NCBI GenBank assembly: GCA_963764005.1
Contig: CAVXQX010000018.1
Location: 15,775 to 79,774 of the forward strand
Length of the DNA: 64,000 nucleotides
Direction of reading: 5' to 3'
DNA from: an uncultured Alphaproteobacteria bacterium
Lineage (GTDB): Bacteria > Pseudomonadota > Alphaproteobacteria > Rhizobiales > Methyloligellaceae
In this document: one piece after another, positions 1 through 9,472 of the stretch
How the letters are laid out: every line of letters starts with the position of its first letter
Position numbering within the stretch: the stretch's first letter is position 1
Notes under the pieces: model-generated
Told to the model about the DNA's origin: nothing
Database searches by the model: none
What the model saw: the letters and a program-made list of their open reading frames with translations, nothing else
Made by a program: the position numbers and the translations under genes

Positions 1-129
1 CGAGGTGATGTTGATCGACACCCTGAGCGTGTTGATCACCTCGATCTCATGACCGCGCGCGCGCGCCGCCTCGCAGATGCGCCGATGCGTGTAGAGATTG
101 GGGTTCCGCGCGAGCAACGCGATCTTCAT
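1..129 (-). CDS. rimK: RimK-family ATP-grasp ligase (ribosomal protein S6 glutamate ligase), 5' part only
   Basis: Manual translation from ATG at 129: [43 protein letters not shown], a typical RimK N-terminus. Runs off the window edge and lies downstream of the RimK-associated protease. Confidence 0.85.
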   Translation of the reverse strand, partial: MKIALLARNPNLYTHRRICEAARARGHEIEVINTLRVSINITS

Positions 130-160
130 GGGAGTGTCCAGGCCGGAGAAAGAGAGGTCT

Positions 161-673
161 CTATGGCAGCAACTTACTGAGTTCGAACGCGGTCGCGCGA
201 TGCCGCCCGCGGCGGGGCTTCAGCGGCGACCGTGGTGATGCAAGGAACGAGCGGCTCGGCACGATGAGAATTTGTCGCCCGAGCGCCGTTCGTCCCAGCA
301 GCATGCGAAATCCCATCTGATCGCGATTGGTGAGTGCAAGCTCGATTGGCCAGGTGCTCTCGCCCAGGCTGATCTCGGTCTTGATGATGTAGCGCCGCTC
401 CACGCCGCCTCCTGAATTCCTGACCGTCCGCTCGTCGATCGCGCGGGCCTCGCATATGACTTTTCGCGCCTCGCTGCGCTGCATCGGGTGAATCTCGAAC
501 CGCACCCAAAGCGAGCCGCTCCGCCGAAATGGCTCGATATTCCAGGCGTGTAGCGCGCTGGTGCGGGCGCCGGTATCGATCTTCGCCTTGATGCCTGCGA
601 CGCCGAGCTCGGGAAGTCCGACCCATTCGCGCCAGCCGATCCGGATCGTATCTTTGGCGCCTGTCTGCTTCAT
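161..673 (-). CDS. RimK-associated retropepsin-like protease (putative ATP-dependent zinc protease family)
   Basis: Motifs [39 protein letters not shown]; adjacent to rimK. Confidence 0.9.
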   Translation of the reverse strand: MKQTGAKDTIRIGWREWVGLPELGVAGIKAKIDTGARTSALHAWNIEPFRRSGSLWVRFEIHPMQRSEARKVICEARAIDERTVRNSGGGVERRYIIKTEISLGESTWPIELALTNRDQMGFRMLLGRTALGRQILIVPSRSFLASPRSPLKPRRGRHRATAFELSKLLP

Positions 674-733
674 CTTGATGAAACTAGAACGAAGCGCGCT
701 CGCTGTCTAAGCTCCTCTCACCTGTTCGGATGC

Positions 734-1882
734 TTAAGGGCTCACGATCAGCGCCAGATAGACGAAGAACAGCAGCATATGCACGATGCCTTGCAGGACA
801 TTGGTCCGCGGGCCGCCGAAGGTCAGCGCGCTCACGAACAGCGTAAGGATCAGAAGCACTTCCTGGAGCTGATCCAGGCCGAGATGCACGTCGCGCCCGG
901 TGAGCAGCCCCACCGTGAGCACCGCGGGGATGGTGAGTCCGATCGTCGCCAGCGCCGAGCCAAGGCACACATTCACCGCGCGTTGCAAATGATTGTCGAG
1001 CGCGGCGTGGAAAGCGGTCAGTCCCTCCGGCGAGAGCACCAGGACGGCAATCAGAATGCCGCCGAGCGCCGCCGGCAATTGCAGCCGCTCGATGCCGTGA
1101 TCGACCAGGATGGCGAGATATTCGGACAGCAGCACGACGGGCGCGAGCGAGAGCAGCAGCATCGCCACATGAAACGACAGCGATCCCGTCACCTCGCCGT
1201 GGCGGCTGGTGTCCTCACGAATGGTGTTGTTGCCATTCACCGGCTCGGCGAAGAAGGCGCGATGCCGCGCCGTCTGGATGATGACGAACACGACATAGAA
1301 CAGAATGGTGATGGTGGCGAATAGGCCGGCCTGGAACGGATATTTGCTCGGGTCGGGAATCGACTTGGTGTAGTTCGGTATGATCAGCCCGAACACGGCA
1401 AGCGAGGCGATGACCACGAGGAAGGCACGCGCGCCCTCGAGATTATATTCTTGCTCCCAGTAGCGTAGCGCGCCGATCACCAGCGCCAAGCCGATCATGC
1501 CGTTGAGCACGATCATTAAAGTGGAGAACATCACGTCGCGCGCAAGCGTCGGATTGTTTTCGCCATGCATGATGATCGAGGCCATCAGCGATACTTCGAT
1601 CACCGTGACCGAGAGCGTGAGCACGAGCGTGCCGTAAGGCTCGCCCAACAACTCGGCCACCGCATCGGCGTGACGCACTACGCCGAACGCGCAGACCATC
1701 ATGACCCCGAACAGGCCGAGAAACTTGACGAGCGTCAGCGGCGTGTCGCTCAGATCGCCGAATAGCTGAGCCTGAAATATGATCACGACGACGGTGGCGA
1801 CGAGGCCAATCAGCGTCGGCCATTCGGTGCGCGCCCGCGACTTCCGGGCCCGCTTCTGCATGGCGATGTCGCGTTGGTTCAT
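734..1882 (-). CDS. chaA: Ca2+/H+ antiporter (ChaA/CaCA family)
   Basis: Multi-TM protein with GEPYGTLVLTLSVTVIEVSL and LGSALATIGLTIPAV alpha-repeat motifs. Start uncertain (1882 or 1936). Confidence 0.88.
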   Translation of the reverse strand: MNQRDIAMQKRARKSRARTEWPTLIGLVATVVVIIFQAQLFGDLSDTPLTLVKFLGLFGVMMVCAFGVVRHADAVAELLGEPYGTLVLTLSVTVIEVSLMASIIMHGENNPTLARDVMFSTLMIVLNGMIGLALVIGALRYWEQEYNLEGARAFLVVIASLAVFGLIIPNYTKSIPDPSKYPFQAGLFATITILFYVVFVIIQTARHRAFFAEPVNGNNTIREDTSRHGEVTGSLSFHVAMLLLSLAPVVLLSEYLAILVDHGIERLQLPAALGGILIAVLVLSPEGLTAFHAALDNHLQRAVNVCLGSALATIGLTIPAVLTVGLLTGRDVHLGLDQLQEVLLILTLFVSALTFGGPRTNVLQGIVHMLLFFVYLALIVSP

Positions 1883-2019
1883 GGCCTCGAACTCCCGGCG
1901 ACTATCGACCATCCTGTCGCGGCGGTCTTGAGGCAAGCCCTTTAGCGGCGTCGATTGGTCGCGAGAAGCCTTGTGCCGGAACGTCCGAAAGCCGCCAGCT
2001 AGCTTCGGTTAAGGCTTTG

Positions 2020-2038
2020 ATGTAATAGCCTCTCACAT
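2020..2038. promoter_or_regulatory. Putative TetR operator ATGTAA-N7-TCACAT overlapping the tetR start codon
   Basis: Imperfect palindrome with a near-identical copy at 3616-3634. Confidence 0.6.
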
Positions 2039-2681
2039 GGGAGACCATCCGGATTGGCGCCGCCCGCGCTCCTACCACCACGGCAATCTGAAAGAGGTCC
2101 TGCTTGAGGCGGCGCGCAAGCTGATCGAGCAATACGGGCCTGCGGGCTTCAGCCTGACCGAGGCAGCGCGCCTCGCCGGCGTCAGCCCCGCCGCACCCTA
2201 CCGTCATTTCCGCGACCGTGACGCTCTCTTGGCGGAAGTCGCGCGTCACGGCTTCGAGCGGTTCGCCGCCCGGCTCGATATGGCCTGGAACAATGGCGTG
2301 CCGACTCCACTCTCGGCCTTCGATAACCTCGGCAAGGCCTATCTCGCCTTCGCCCGCGACGAGCCCGCGAGCTACGCCGTGATGTTCGAGGCTGGCTTCT
2401 TCGATGAAGCGAAGGCCGCCGAGCCGGCAGGGGAGCGTGCCTTCGACGTGTTGCAGCGCGCGGCCGCTTCACTCCTTCGAGTGCTACCGGAGACAGAGCG
2501 TCCGCCGGTCAAGCTCGTGAGCTTGCATATCTGGGCGATCTCTCACGGCGTCGCGACGCTGTTTGCCCAACGCGGCGGCGAAGCGCGAAAGCTCCCGCTC
2601 TCGCCGGAAGAGATTCTCGAAAGCGCCATGCTGGTCTATCTGAAGGGTCTCGGCATTCTCGCTGCCGGCAAGCCGGGCTAG
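2037..2681 (+). CDS. TetR/AcrR family transcriptional regulator (WHG-type C-terminus)
   Basis: YHHGNLKEVLL...FSLTEAARLAGVSPAAPYRHF helix-turn-helix; WAISHG motif. Confidence 0.92.
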   Translation: MGDHPDWRRPRSYHHGNLKEVLLEAARKLIEQYGPAGFSLTEAARLAGVSPAAPYRHFRDRDALLAEVARHGFERFAARLDMAWNNGVPTPLSAFDNLGKAYLAFARDEPASYAVMFEAGFFDEAKAAEPAGERAFDVLQRAAASLLRVLPETERPPVKLVSLHIWAISHGVATLFAQRGGEARKLPLSPEEILESAMLVYLKGLGILAAGKPG

Positions 2682-3448
2682 CGATTTGCGTAGAGCGATT
2701 GCAGCACGCGATCCCAGTCCGCGTCATCGCCGCCATAGACATTGCGGTCGACCTTGCCCGCGATGCCCGGCACTTTGCCGGTCGTGGTGAACTGCCAGAA
2801 CGTCCAGCGTCGATCCGCATATTTGTCTTGCGGCTCCGCCGCGACCGAGCGCAGCCAGAAATGATAATTGGTAAGCTCGCCCTCCAGCACCTCGTGATGG
2901 AACAGCGGATCGGTATAGATGATCGGCTTCTTGCCGGTATGGCTTTCCATGGCGATGAGCATCGCTTTGATCTTTTCCAGCGCCTTCTCGCGCGAGATTT
3001 TCTTCGGGCAGGTCTTGGAGCTTGTGTTCCATTCGAGATCGAGCACCGGCGGCAGCGCATCCGCATCTGCCGGCACATTCAGCATGAACCACAGCGCCTG
3101 CTCATGCGCCGGCCGGCACCAATATAAAAAGTGGTAAGCGCTCCGCGCGATGCCGGCGTTCTTGGCACCTTCCCAATTTTCGAGGAACTTCGGGTCGAGA
3201 TGATCACCGCCTTCGGTGGCCTTGATGAATGCGAATCGTGTTCCCGCGGCGCGGGCCTTTGCCCAGTCGATATCGCCTTGCCAGGCGGACACATCGATGC
3301 CCTGCACCTCCATGGTGTGCGCCGACGCCACCCCATCATTCGGCTTCGCATCGGCCAGCTTCGCCGAGCGGGCGGAGAGCGAGCCCGGGCACGCAGCGAG
3401 CAGCAAGACGGCCCCGGCCATCGTCAGGTGGCGGTATCTGAGTTTCAT
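2678..3448 (-). CDS. GH25 family muramidase/lysozyme, probable lipoprotein
   Basis: GIDVSAWQGDIDW, FIKATEG, PPVLDLEW (DxE) and WTFWQF motifs; LLLAAC lipobox after the start at 3448. Confidence 0.9.
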   Translation of the reverse strand: MKLRYRHLTMAGAVLLLAACPGSLSARSAKLADAKPNDGVASAHTMEVQGIDVSAWQGDIDWAKARAAGTRFAFIKATEGGDHLDPKFLENWEGAKNAGIARSAYHFLYWCRPAHEQALWFMLNVPADADALPPVLDLEWNTSSKTCPKKISREKALEKIKAMLIAMESHTGKKPIIYTDPLFHHEVLEGELTNYHFWLRSVAAEPQDKYADRRWTFWQFTTTGKVPGIAGKVDRNVYGGDDADWDRVLQSLYANR

Positions 3449-3615
3449 GGTCCCCCGACCTTGAACTGGCTTTTCGGCCATTCCCTGACCTAGAGCTAAG
3501 GCGGCTCGCAGGTTAAGATTTCCCGATTTTTGCCGCTGGCCGGCTTGAATCCCGGCCCCCACATCACATTTTCCCCTGGCTCTTGACTCCCGGCGTGGGA
3601 GGGCCACCTATGTGA

Positions 3616-3634
3616 ATGTGAATAACATTCACAC
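3616..3634. promoter_or_regulatory. Putative TetR operator ATGTGA-N7-TCACAC upstream of the DUF2852 gene
   Basis: Palindrome TGTGAAT-aac-ATTCACA lying downstream of a TTGACT -35-like hexamer (3583-3588). Confidence 0.6.
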
Positions 3635-3653
3635 CGAAGGAAGGGATCCTTGG

Positions 3654-4037
3654 ATGCAGCGAGCGATTTCAACGTTGGACGACTATGGGAAGCCGGCCTG
3701 GATCACGGCGATGATCGTCGGCTTCGTGTTGTGGTGGCCCATTGGGCTTTCAGTCTTGGCCTATATGATCTGGAGTGGACGCATGGGATGCGGATGGAAA
3801 CGGAGCCTGAAGGAATCTGATTTAGGGCGCGAGATGGCGCGTTGGCGGAGCGGCATGACGCCGTTCAGCTCGACCGGCAACCGAGCCTTCGACGACTATC
3901 GCGAGGAGACGCTTCGCCGTCTCGAGGAGGAGGCGGACGAGTTCCAAACCTTCCTGCAACGGCTTCGTCACGCCAAGGACAAGGCGGAGTTCGACCAGTT
4001 CATGGCCGATCGCCGGACCGGTCCCTCAGCGTCATAA
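3654..4037 (+). CDS. DUF2852 family membrane protein
   Basis: AWITAMIVGFVLWWPIGL TM segment, then STGNRAFDDYREETLRRLEEE...AKDKAEFDQFM. Confidence 0.85.
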   Translation: MQRAISTLDDYGKPAWITAMIVGFVLWWPIGLSVLAYMIWSGRMGCGWKRSLKESDLGREMARWRSGMTPFSSTGNRAFDDYREETLRRLEEEADEFQTFLQRLRHAKDKAEFDQFMADRRTGPSAS

Positions 4038-4066
4038 CCGGGCGATACAGAATAAAGATCATCACG

Positions 4067-4097
4067 AGGGCGCGGGCTTATCCCCCGCGCCCTTTGC
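4067..4097. terminator. Intrinsic terminator-like hairpin between convergent genes
   Basis: AGGGCGCGGG / CCCGCGCCCT stem followed by a T-rich tract. Confidence 0.55.
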
Positions 4098-5211
4098 TTT
4101 CGCTGCGCGCCAATGGCGAGGAGCGGAAGCTTTCCCAGTCTTGTTCGGTCGCCTTCGCCATGGCTTGCGCTGCATTTAGCAGCCAGTCGGTTTTCCGCTT
4201 GCTCAAATCGTGCAGCACGTTGTCGCGCTGATCGGACGTCGCGAGGTGCAGATTGGCCGTCTCGCGCCCCATCTCCCTCAGGATCAGCCGTTCGTCCCGC
4301 CGCTTGGGGCAATCCGCCAGTTCGATGCGTCCGCAATGCGGGCCTATCCGGCGAACGACCCATCCATCCTCGACCGTGTAGTAGGGATCCGGCTGCCGCA
4401 CCGAATGCTTGAGCAGCCGAAGCGAGAAAGCGCGCTCCTTCGGCCGCCCCTTGCTCCAACCCCAAGCCGACGGCAACCATGCCTTCGCCTCGCGCGCGAC
4501 CAGACCGCCTTCGCAGCAAGCCGTAGCGACATATCGCGGCCGGCCAAGGCTTCCCACCCCGGCGATACGATGAGAGTACGCGACCTTCTCCGCCCCATCG
4601 GGCAGCGACCGGTGCAACAGTCTCTGAATATGTTTGGGTGGGGTGAACGGGTCCGCCTTGGTGAGCTTCGACCAGAAACGGACCGGGTCACGCTCCGCGC
4701 CGAGCGCCATGTCCCGCAAATTGGGATGGCTTTCCTCGAGAATGAACGGCTTGCCGCCGTCTTTCAGCGCTTGTGTATAGCCATCGAGGACGGCGGCGGC
4801 GGCGCTGCTGGCATCGATGGCGAGCCCATTTTCGTGTTTGGCGAGGATCGCGCTCGTGACCAGCCGAACCAGATCGAGCGTATAGGGCATTTCGGCGACT
4901 TCATCGAAATCGTTGACGCCCCAGACCAGCCTGCCCTCTTTGTCGCGCCAGGTTCCGAAATTCTCCACATGCAGATCGCCCACCGCCAGCAGCCGCGGTG
5001 CTTCGGCGAGGTCGGAGCAGACCTCGAGCCAAAGCGGTCCCCAGCGGTAAAAGGTTGCGCGCAGGAATGCGAACAGCGAATTCGTCATCTGTCGATGCTT
5101 CTCGTCGAGGTCGTCTTTGACGACATCGACTCGCTCGTGCAGCCAACGCTCATAGTCGATGGTGGCGGCGACGATCGCCGGGTGGTTGTGAGCCTTCACC
5201 GTCTTTGCCAT
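4078..5211 (-). CDS. DUF2252 family protein (kinase-like fold)
   Basis: FAFLRATFYRW, GDLHVENFG, VNDFDE and AGVGSLGRPRY motifs. Confidence 0.8.
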   Translation of the reverse strand: MAKTVKAHNHPAIVAATIDYERWLHERVDVVKDDLDEKHRQMTNSLFAFLRATFYRWGPLWLEVCSDLAEAPRLLAVGDLHVENFGTWRDKEGRLVWGVNDFDEVAEMPYTLDLVRLVTSAILAKHENGLAIDASSAAAAVLDGYTQALKDGGKPFILEESHPNLRDMALGAERDPVRFWSKLTKADPFTPPKHIQRLLHRSLPDGAEKVAYSHRIAGVGSLGRPRYVATACCEGGLVAREAKAWLPSAWGWSKGRPKERAFSLRLLKHSVRQPDPYYTVEDGWVVRRIGPHCGRIELADCPKRRDERLILREMGRETANLHLATSDQRDNVLHDLSKRKTDWLLNAAQAMAKATEQDWESFRSSPLARSESKGRGG

Positions 5212-5345
5212 GGTCCAGCTCTCCTAGTGGCGGTTCGATTGACGATCGGTGAGATCTCCCGGAGCGATCGGTCAGGAGTTCTCGTCCGCTGCGCCGCTCG
5301 CCAATGCACCTTAGCCGATCTAGGCTTCGATCGAATGACGATGCA

Positions 5346-8300
5346 TCAAGTCCGCTCGCTCTTCTTGCCGAACCCGCCGCCGGTCGGCGTCTGGATGATA
5401 ATGGCCTCGCCTGCATCGAGCGTGGTCTGGTCGCAACCTTTCAGCCGCTCAAGTCTTCCGTTATTGCGCCGGACCCAATTCTCGCCCACCTCGCCAGGCT
5501 CGCCACCTTTGGCGCCGAACGGACGCATGCGACGGAAGCCTGACAGGATGGCGCAATCCATCCTCTGTAAGAATCTGATGGCGCGAAGCGTGCCGTCGCC
5601 GGCGCGCCATTCACCCTTGCCGCCGGAGCCGCGCCTGATCTCGAAGCGCTCCAGCAACACCGGATAGCGCAGCTCCAGCACTTCAGGATCGGTAAGCCGC
5701 GAATTCGTCATATGCGTCTGCACCGCGGCCACGCCGTCGAAGCCGGGGCCTGCCGGCGCGCCGGACGCGATCGTCTCATAATATTGAGTGCGCTCATTGC
5801 CGAAGGTGAGATTGTTCATCGTGCCTTGCGCCGAGCCCAACACGCCAAGCGCGCCGTAGAGACAATTCACGATGGTCTGGCTCGTCTCCACATTGCCGGC
5901 GACGACGGCAGCGGGAAATTTCGGCTTCAGCATCGAGCCTTTCGGCACCACGATCTTGATGTGGCGCAAGCACCCGGCATTGAGCGGAATGTCTTCATCG
6001 ACCAGCGTGCGGAACACATAGAGCACGCAAGCGCGCGCGATCGGCTCCGGCGCGTTGAAATTGTCGTTCTGCATCGCGCTGGTGCCGGTGAAATCGACAA
6101 TCGCCGTCTTCTTCTTTTTATCGACCTTGATCGCGACCGCGATCTTGCTGCCCTGATCGGTTTCCACCTCGAAGCGTGAATTTTTGAGCTTGGCGATGAC
6201 GCGCTGCACCGCCGCCGCCGCATTGTCCTGCACATGACCCATATAGGCGCGCACCGTGCCGAAGCCGTACCGCGCCACCATCTTGCGCAGCTCGATCACG
6301 CCTTTCTCGTTGGCGGCGACTTGGGCCTTCAAATCCGCGATATTCTGCTCGGGGTTTCGCGCCGGGTAGGGGGCTTCGGTGAGGAGCTTGCGCACCGCCT
6401 CCTCGCGGAAGCGGCCCTTCTCCACCAGCTTGAACGGATCGATATAGACGCCTTCCTCTTCGATTGTTCTCGCTCTTCGGGCTCATCGATCCGGGCGCGA
6501 TGCCGCCAATATCGGAGTGGTGGCCGCGCGCCGCGACGAAGAACAGCAGATCGGGGCTGTTCTCGCCGAACACCGGCGTCACCACGGTGATGTCGGGGAG
6601 ATGCGTGCCGCCATTATAAGGCGCGTTCAGCATATAGACGTCGCCGGGCTTCAGGCTCTCGACCTCGCGCAAGATGGTCTCGACGCTTCGATCCATCGAG
6701 CCGAGATGCACCGGGATGTGCGGCGCGTTGGCGATCAGCCGTCCGCGTCCGTCAAAGATGGCGCAGGAGAAATCGAGCCGCTCCTTGATGTTGACCGAGC
6801 GCGCGGTGTTTTGCAGCGCGTAGCCCATTTGCTCGGCGACCGCGACGAACAGATTGTTGAAGATCTCGAGCATCACCGGATCGGCGCTCTTGCCGATTTT
6901 CGCATCCTTGCGCTTCTCATGGCGGGTGAGGACTAGATGCTGCTTCGCATTGATCTCGGCATGCCATTTGGGCTCGACCACGACGGTCTGATGCGCCTCG
7001 ATGATCAGCGCGGGCCCCTCGATGCGATGGCCCGGTTGCAGCTCCTCGCGGAGATAGACCGGCGCCTCATGCCAGGCGCCGCCAGTGAAGAGCGCAGTCG
7101 ACGCATGCGGGGAGGGTGCGCCGGACGCCAAAGACCGAGCATCCAATTCTTCCGGCGCCTCGCCGCCGCCGCTGGCCTCGACTTCGATTGCCTCGATCTC
7201 GATGTCTTTTTCCGGGCTGACGAAGCCGAAGCGCTGCTGATGCGCGATCTCGAACAGCGCCTGCATGCCGCGCAGACTGGCGACAGGGATCGGCAGCGAG
7301 CTATCGGTGCCGGCATAACGGAGATGCGCTTGCGCCACGACCCTGATCGCGCTCGCTCTCGACGCCTTGCCGCGTGAGCTCCCGTTTCACCTCGGCCTCG
7401 AGCGGCGCGCGAAGCTTCGCAACATCCTCGAGCCCGTCCTGGTTCAGCGTCGCCAGCACGGCTTGGGTGCGGGTGGCGCTGATCGCGGCGAGCCCCATGC
7501 CATAGGCCGAGAGCACGCCGGATAGCGGGTGGATCAGAACGCGACTCATGCCAAGCGCGTCGGCGACGAGACAGGCATGCTGCCCACCGGCGCCGCCAAA
7601 CGCATTCAGCACATAGTCGGTGACGTCATATCCGCGCATCACCGAGATCGACTTGATCGCGTTCGCCATGTTCTCGACCGCGATCCTGATGAAACCGTCT
7701 GCAATCTCTTCCGCACTGCGCCCGTCGCCGATCTTGCGCGCGAGCGACTTGAACGCTTTGCGCACGGAGTCCGCATCCAGCGACTCGTCCTGCCGAGGCC
7801 CAAAAATGTGCGGGAAATATTCAGGGCGCAGCTTGCCCGTCATCACATTGGCGTCGGTGACGGTGAGCGGGCCGCCATTCCGATAGGACAGCGGTCCCGG
7901 CTGCGCGCCCGCCGAATCCGGGCCGACACGGAAGCGGGCGCCGTCATAATGCAGGATCGAGCCGCCGCCCGCCGCCACCGTGTTCACGGCCATCATCGGC
8001 GCCCGCACGCGCACGCCCGGCGACCACGCTGTCGAAGTTCCGCTCGTAGATGCCGTCGAAATGGCAAACATCGGTCGAGGTGCCGCCCATGTCGAAGCCG
8101 ATGATCTTGTTGAAGCCCGCGATCCGAGCCGTCTCGACCGCGCCAACCACGCCGCCGGCGGGACCTGAGAGAATTGCGTCCTTGCCCTTGAACAGATGCG
8201 CCGAGGTGAGACCGCCGGAAGATTGCATGAAGAGCAGGCGCACCTGTGACAGCGCCGAGGCAACGCGTTCAACATAACGGCGAAGCAGCGGCGACAAATA

Positions 8301-8945
8301 CGCGTCGACCACGGTGGTATCGCCGCGCCCGACGAATTTCACCAAGGGGCTTACTTCATGGCTCGCCGAGATTTGCGTGAAACCGAAATCGCGCGCGAGC
8401 CGCATCGCCTGCTGCTCATGCGCGGGATAGGCATAAGAGTGCATGAACACGATTGCCGCGGACGTGATGCCATCGGCCCGCCCGGCCTTTAGCGCCGCGC
8501 GGGTTGCTTCGAGATCGAGCGGCTTCTCCACCGTTCCGTCGGCGCGCACGCGCTCCGGAACTTCAGCGACCCGCGCGTACAGCATCGAAGGCTTCTCGAT
8601 GCGCCGGGCGAAAATTTTCGGCCGCGCCTGATAACCGATTTCGAGGGCGTCGCGAAACCCTTGGGTCACGATCAAAAGCACAGGATCGCCTTTGCGCTCC
8701 AACAGCGCGTTGGTCGCGACCGTCGTTCCCATTTTCACGCTGGCGATCAACGCCGTCGGCAGCGGACGTCCCCGCGCGACCCCCAGAACATCGGCGATGC
8801 CCGCCAGCACCGCATCCTGGTAGGCCTCGCGATTTTCCGACAACAATTTATGCGTGAACAGCTGCCCGTCGGGCGCGCGGGCGACAATGTCGGTGAACGT
8901 GCCGCCCCGGTCGATGCAGAATTGCCATGTGCCGGGCGCGGTCAT
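5346..8945 (-). CDS. oplA: 5-oxoprolinase / hydantoinase A+B fusion, frameshifted (about 3 indels, probably sequencing errors)
   Basis: [31 protein letters not shown] and [14 protein letters not shown] motifs spread over ORFs 7944-8945, 7301-8275, 6118-7338 and 5346-6425. Confidence 0.88.
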
Positions 8946-9472
8946 CCGATGCGGCTTAGCCCCTTCGCATATTGCTTCCAGCGCCGCACATAGACGTCGG
9001 CCGCGCGCGCGATCATGGCGCGGACCTTCTCATCAGTCTCGCGCACCGCCTTGGCGGGCGAGCCGAGAATGACGGAGTTGTCCGGAAACTCTTTGCCTTC
9101 GGTGATCAGCGCGCCGGCGCCAACCAATGAATTCGCGCCGATCTTGGCACCGTTGAGCACGATCGCGCCCATCCCGATCAGGCTCTGATCGCCGATCGTG
9201 CAGCCATGCAGCACGACATTATGGCCGATCACGCATCCGCTGCCGATGGTGAGCGGAAAACCGGGATCGGTATGCAGCGTGCAATTGTCTTGAATCTGCG
9301 ATCGCTGCCCAAGCTCGATCCATTCATTGTCGCCGCGCAACACCGAGCCGTACCAGATGCTGGCCTCCGATTTCAGCCTGACCTTGCCGACCACGATTGC
9401 CGTCTCCGCGATCCAGTAAAGTCCGTCGGCCGGGACCTCAGGCGCCTGTCCGTCAAGCTCATACATCGCCAT
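8942..9472 (-). CDS. Gamma-class carbonic anhydrase family (YrdA/PaaY-like) hexapeptide-repeat protein
   Basis: [30 protein letters not shown] motifs; start MAMYELDG at 9472. Confidence 0.9.
   Translation of the reverse strand: MAMYELDGQAPEVPADGLYWIAETAIVVGKVRLKSEASIWYGSVLRGDNEWIELGQRSQIQDNCTLHTDPGFPLTIGSGCVIGHNVVLHGCTIGDQSLIGMGAIVLNGAKIGANSLVGAGALITEGKEFPDNSVILGSPAKAVRETDEKVRAMIARAADVYVRRWKQYAKGLSRIG

Noticed and set aside
2678-3448. GH25 lysozyme as a prophage endolysin
   Set aside because: It carries a lipoprotein signal, and there are no phage genes, holin or integrase nearby.
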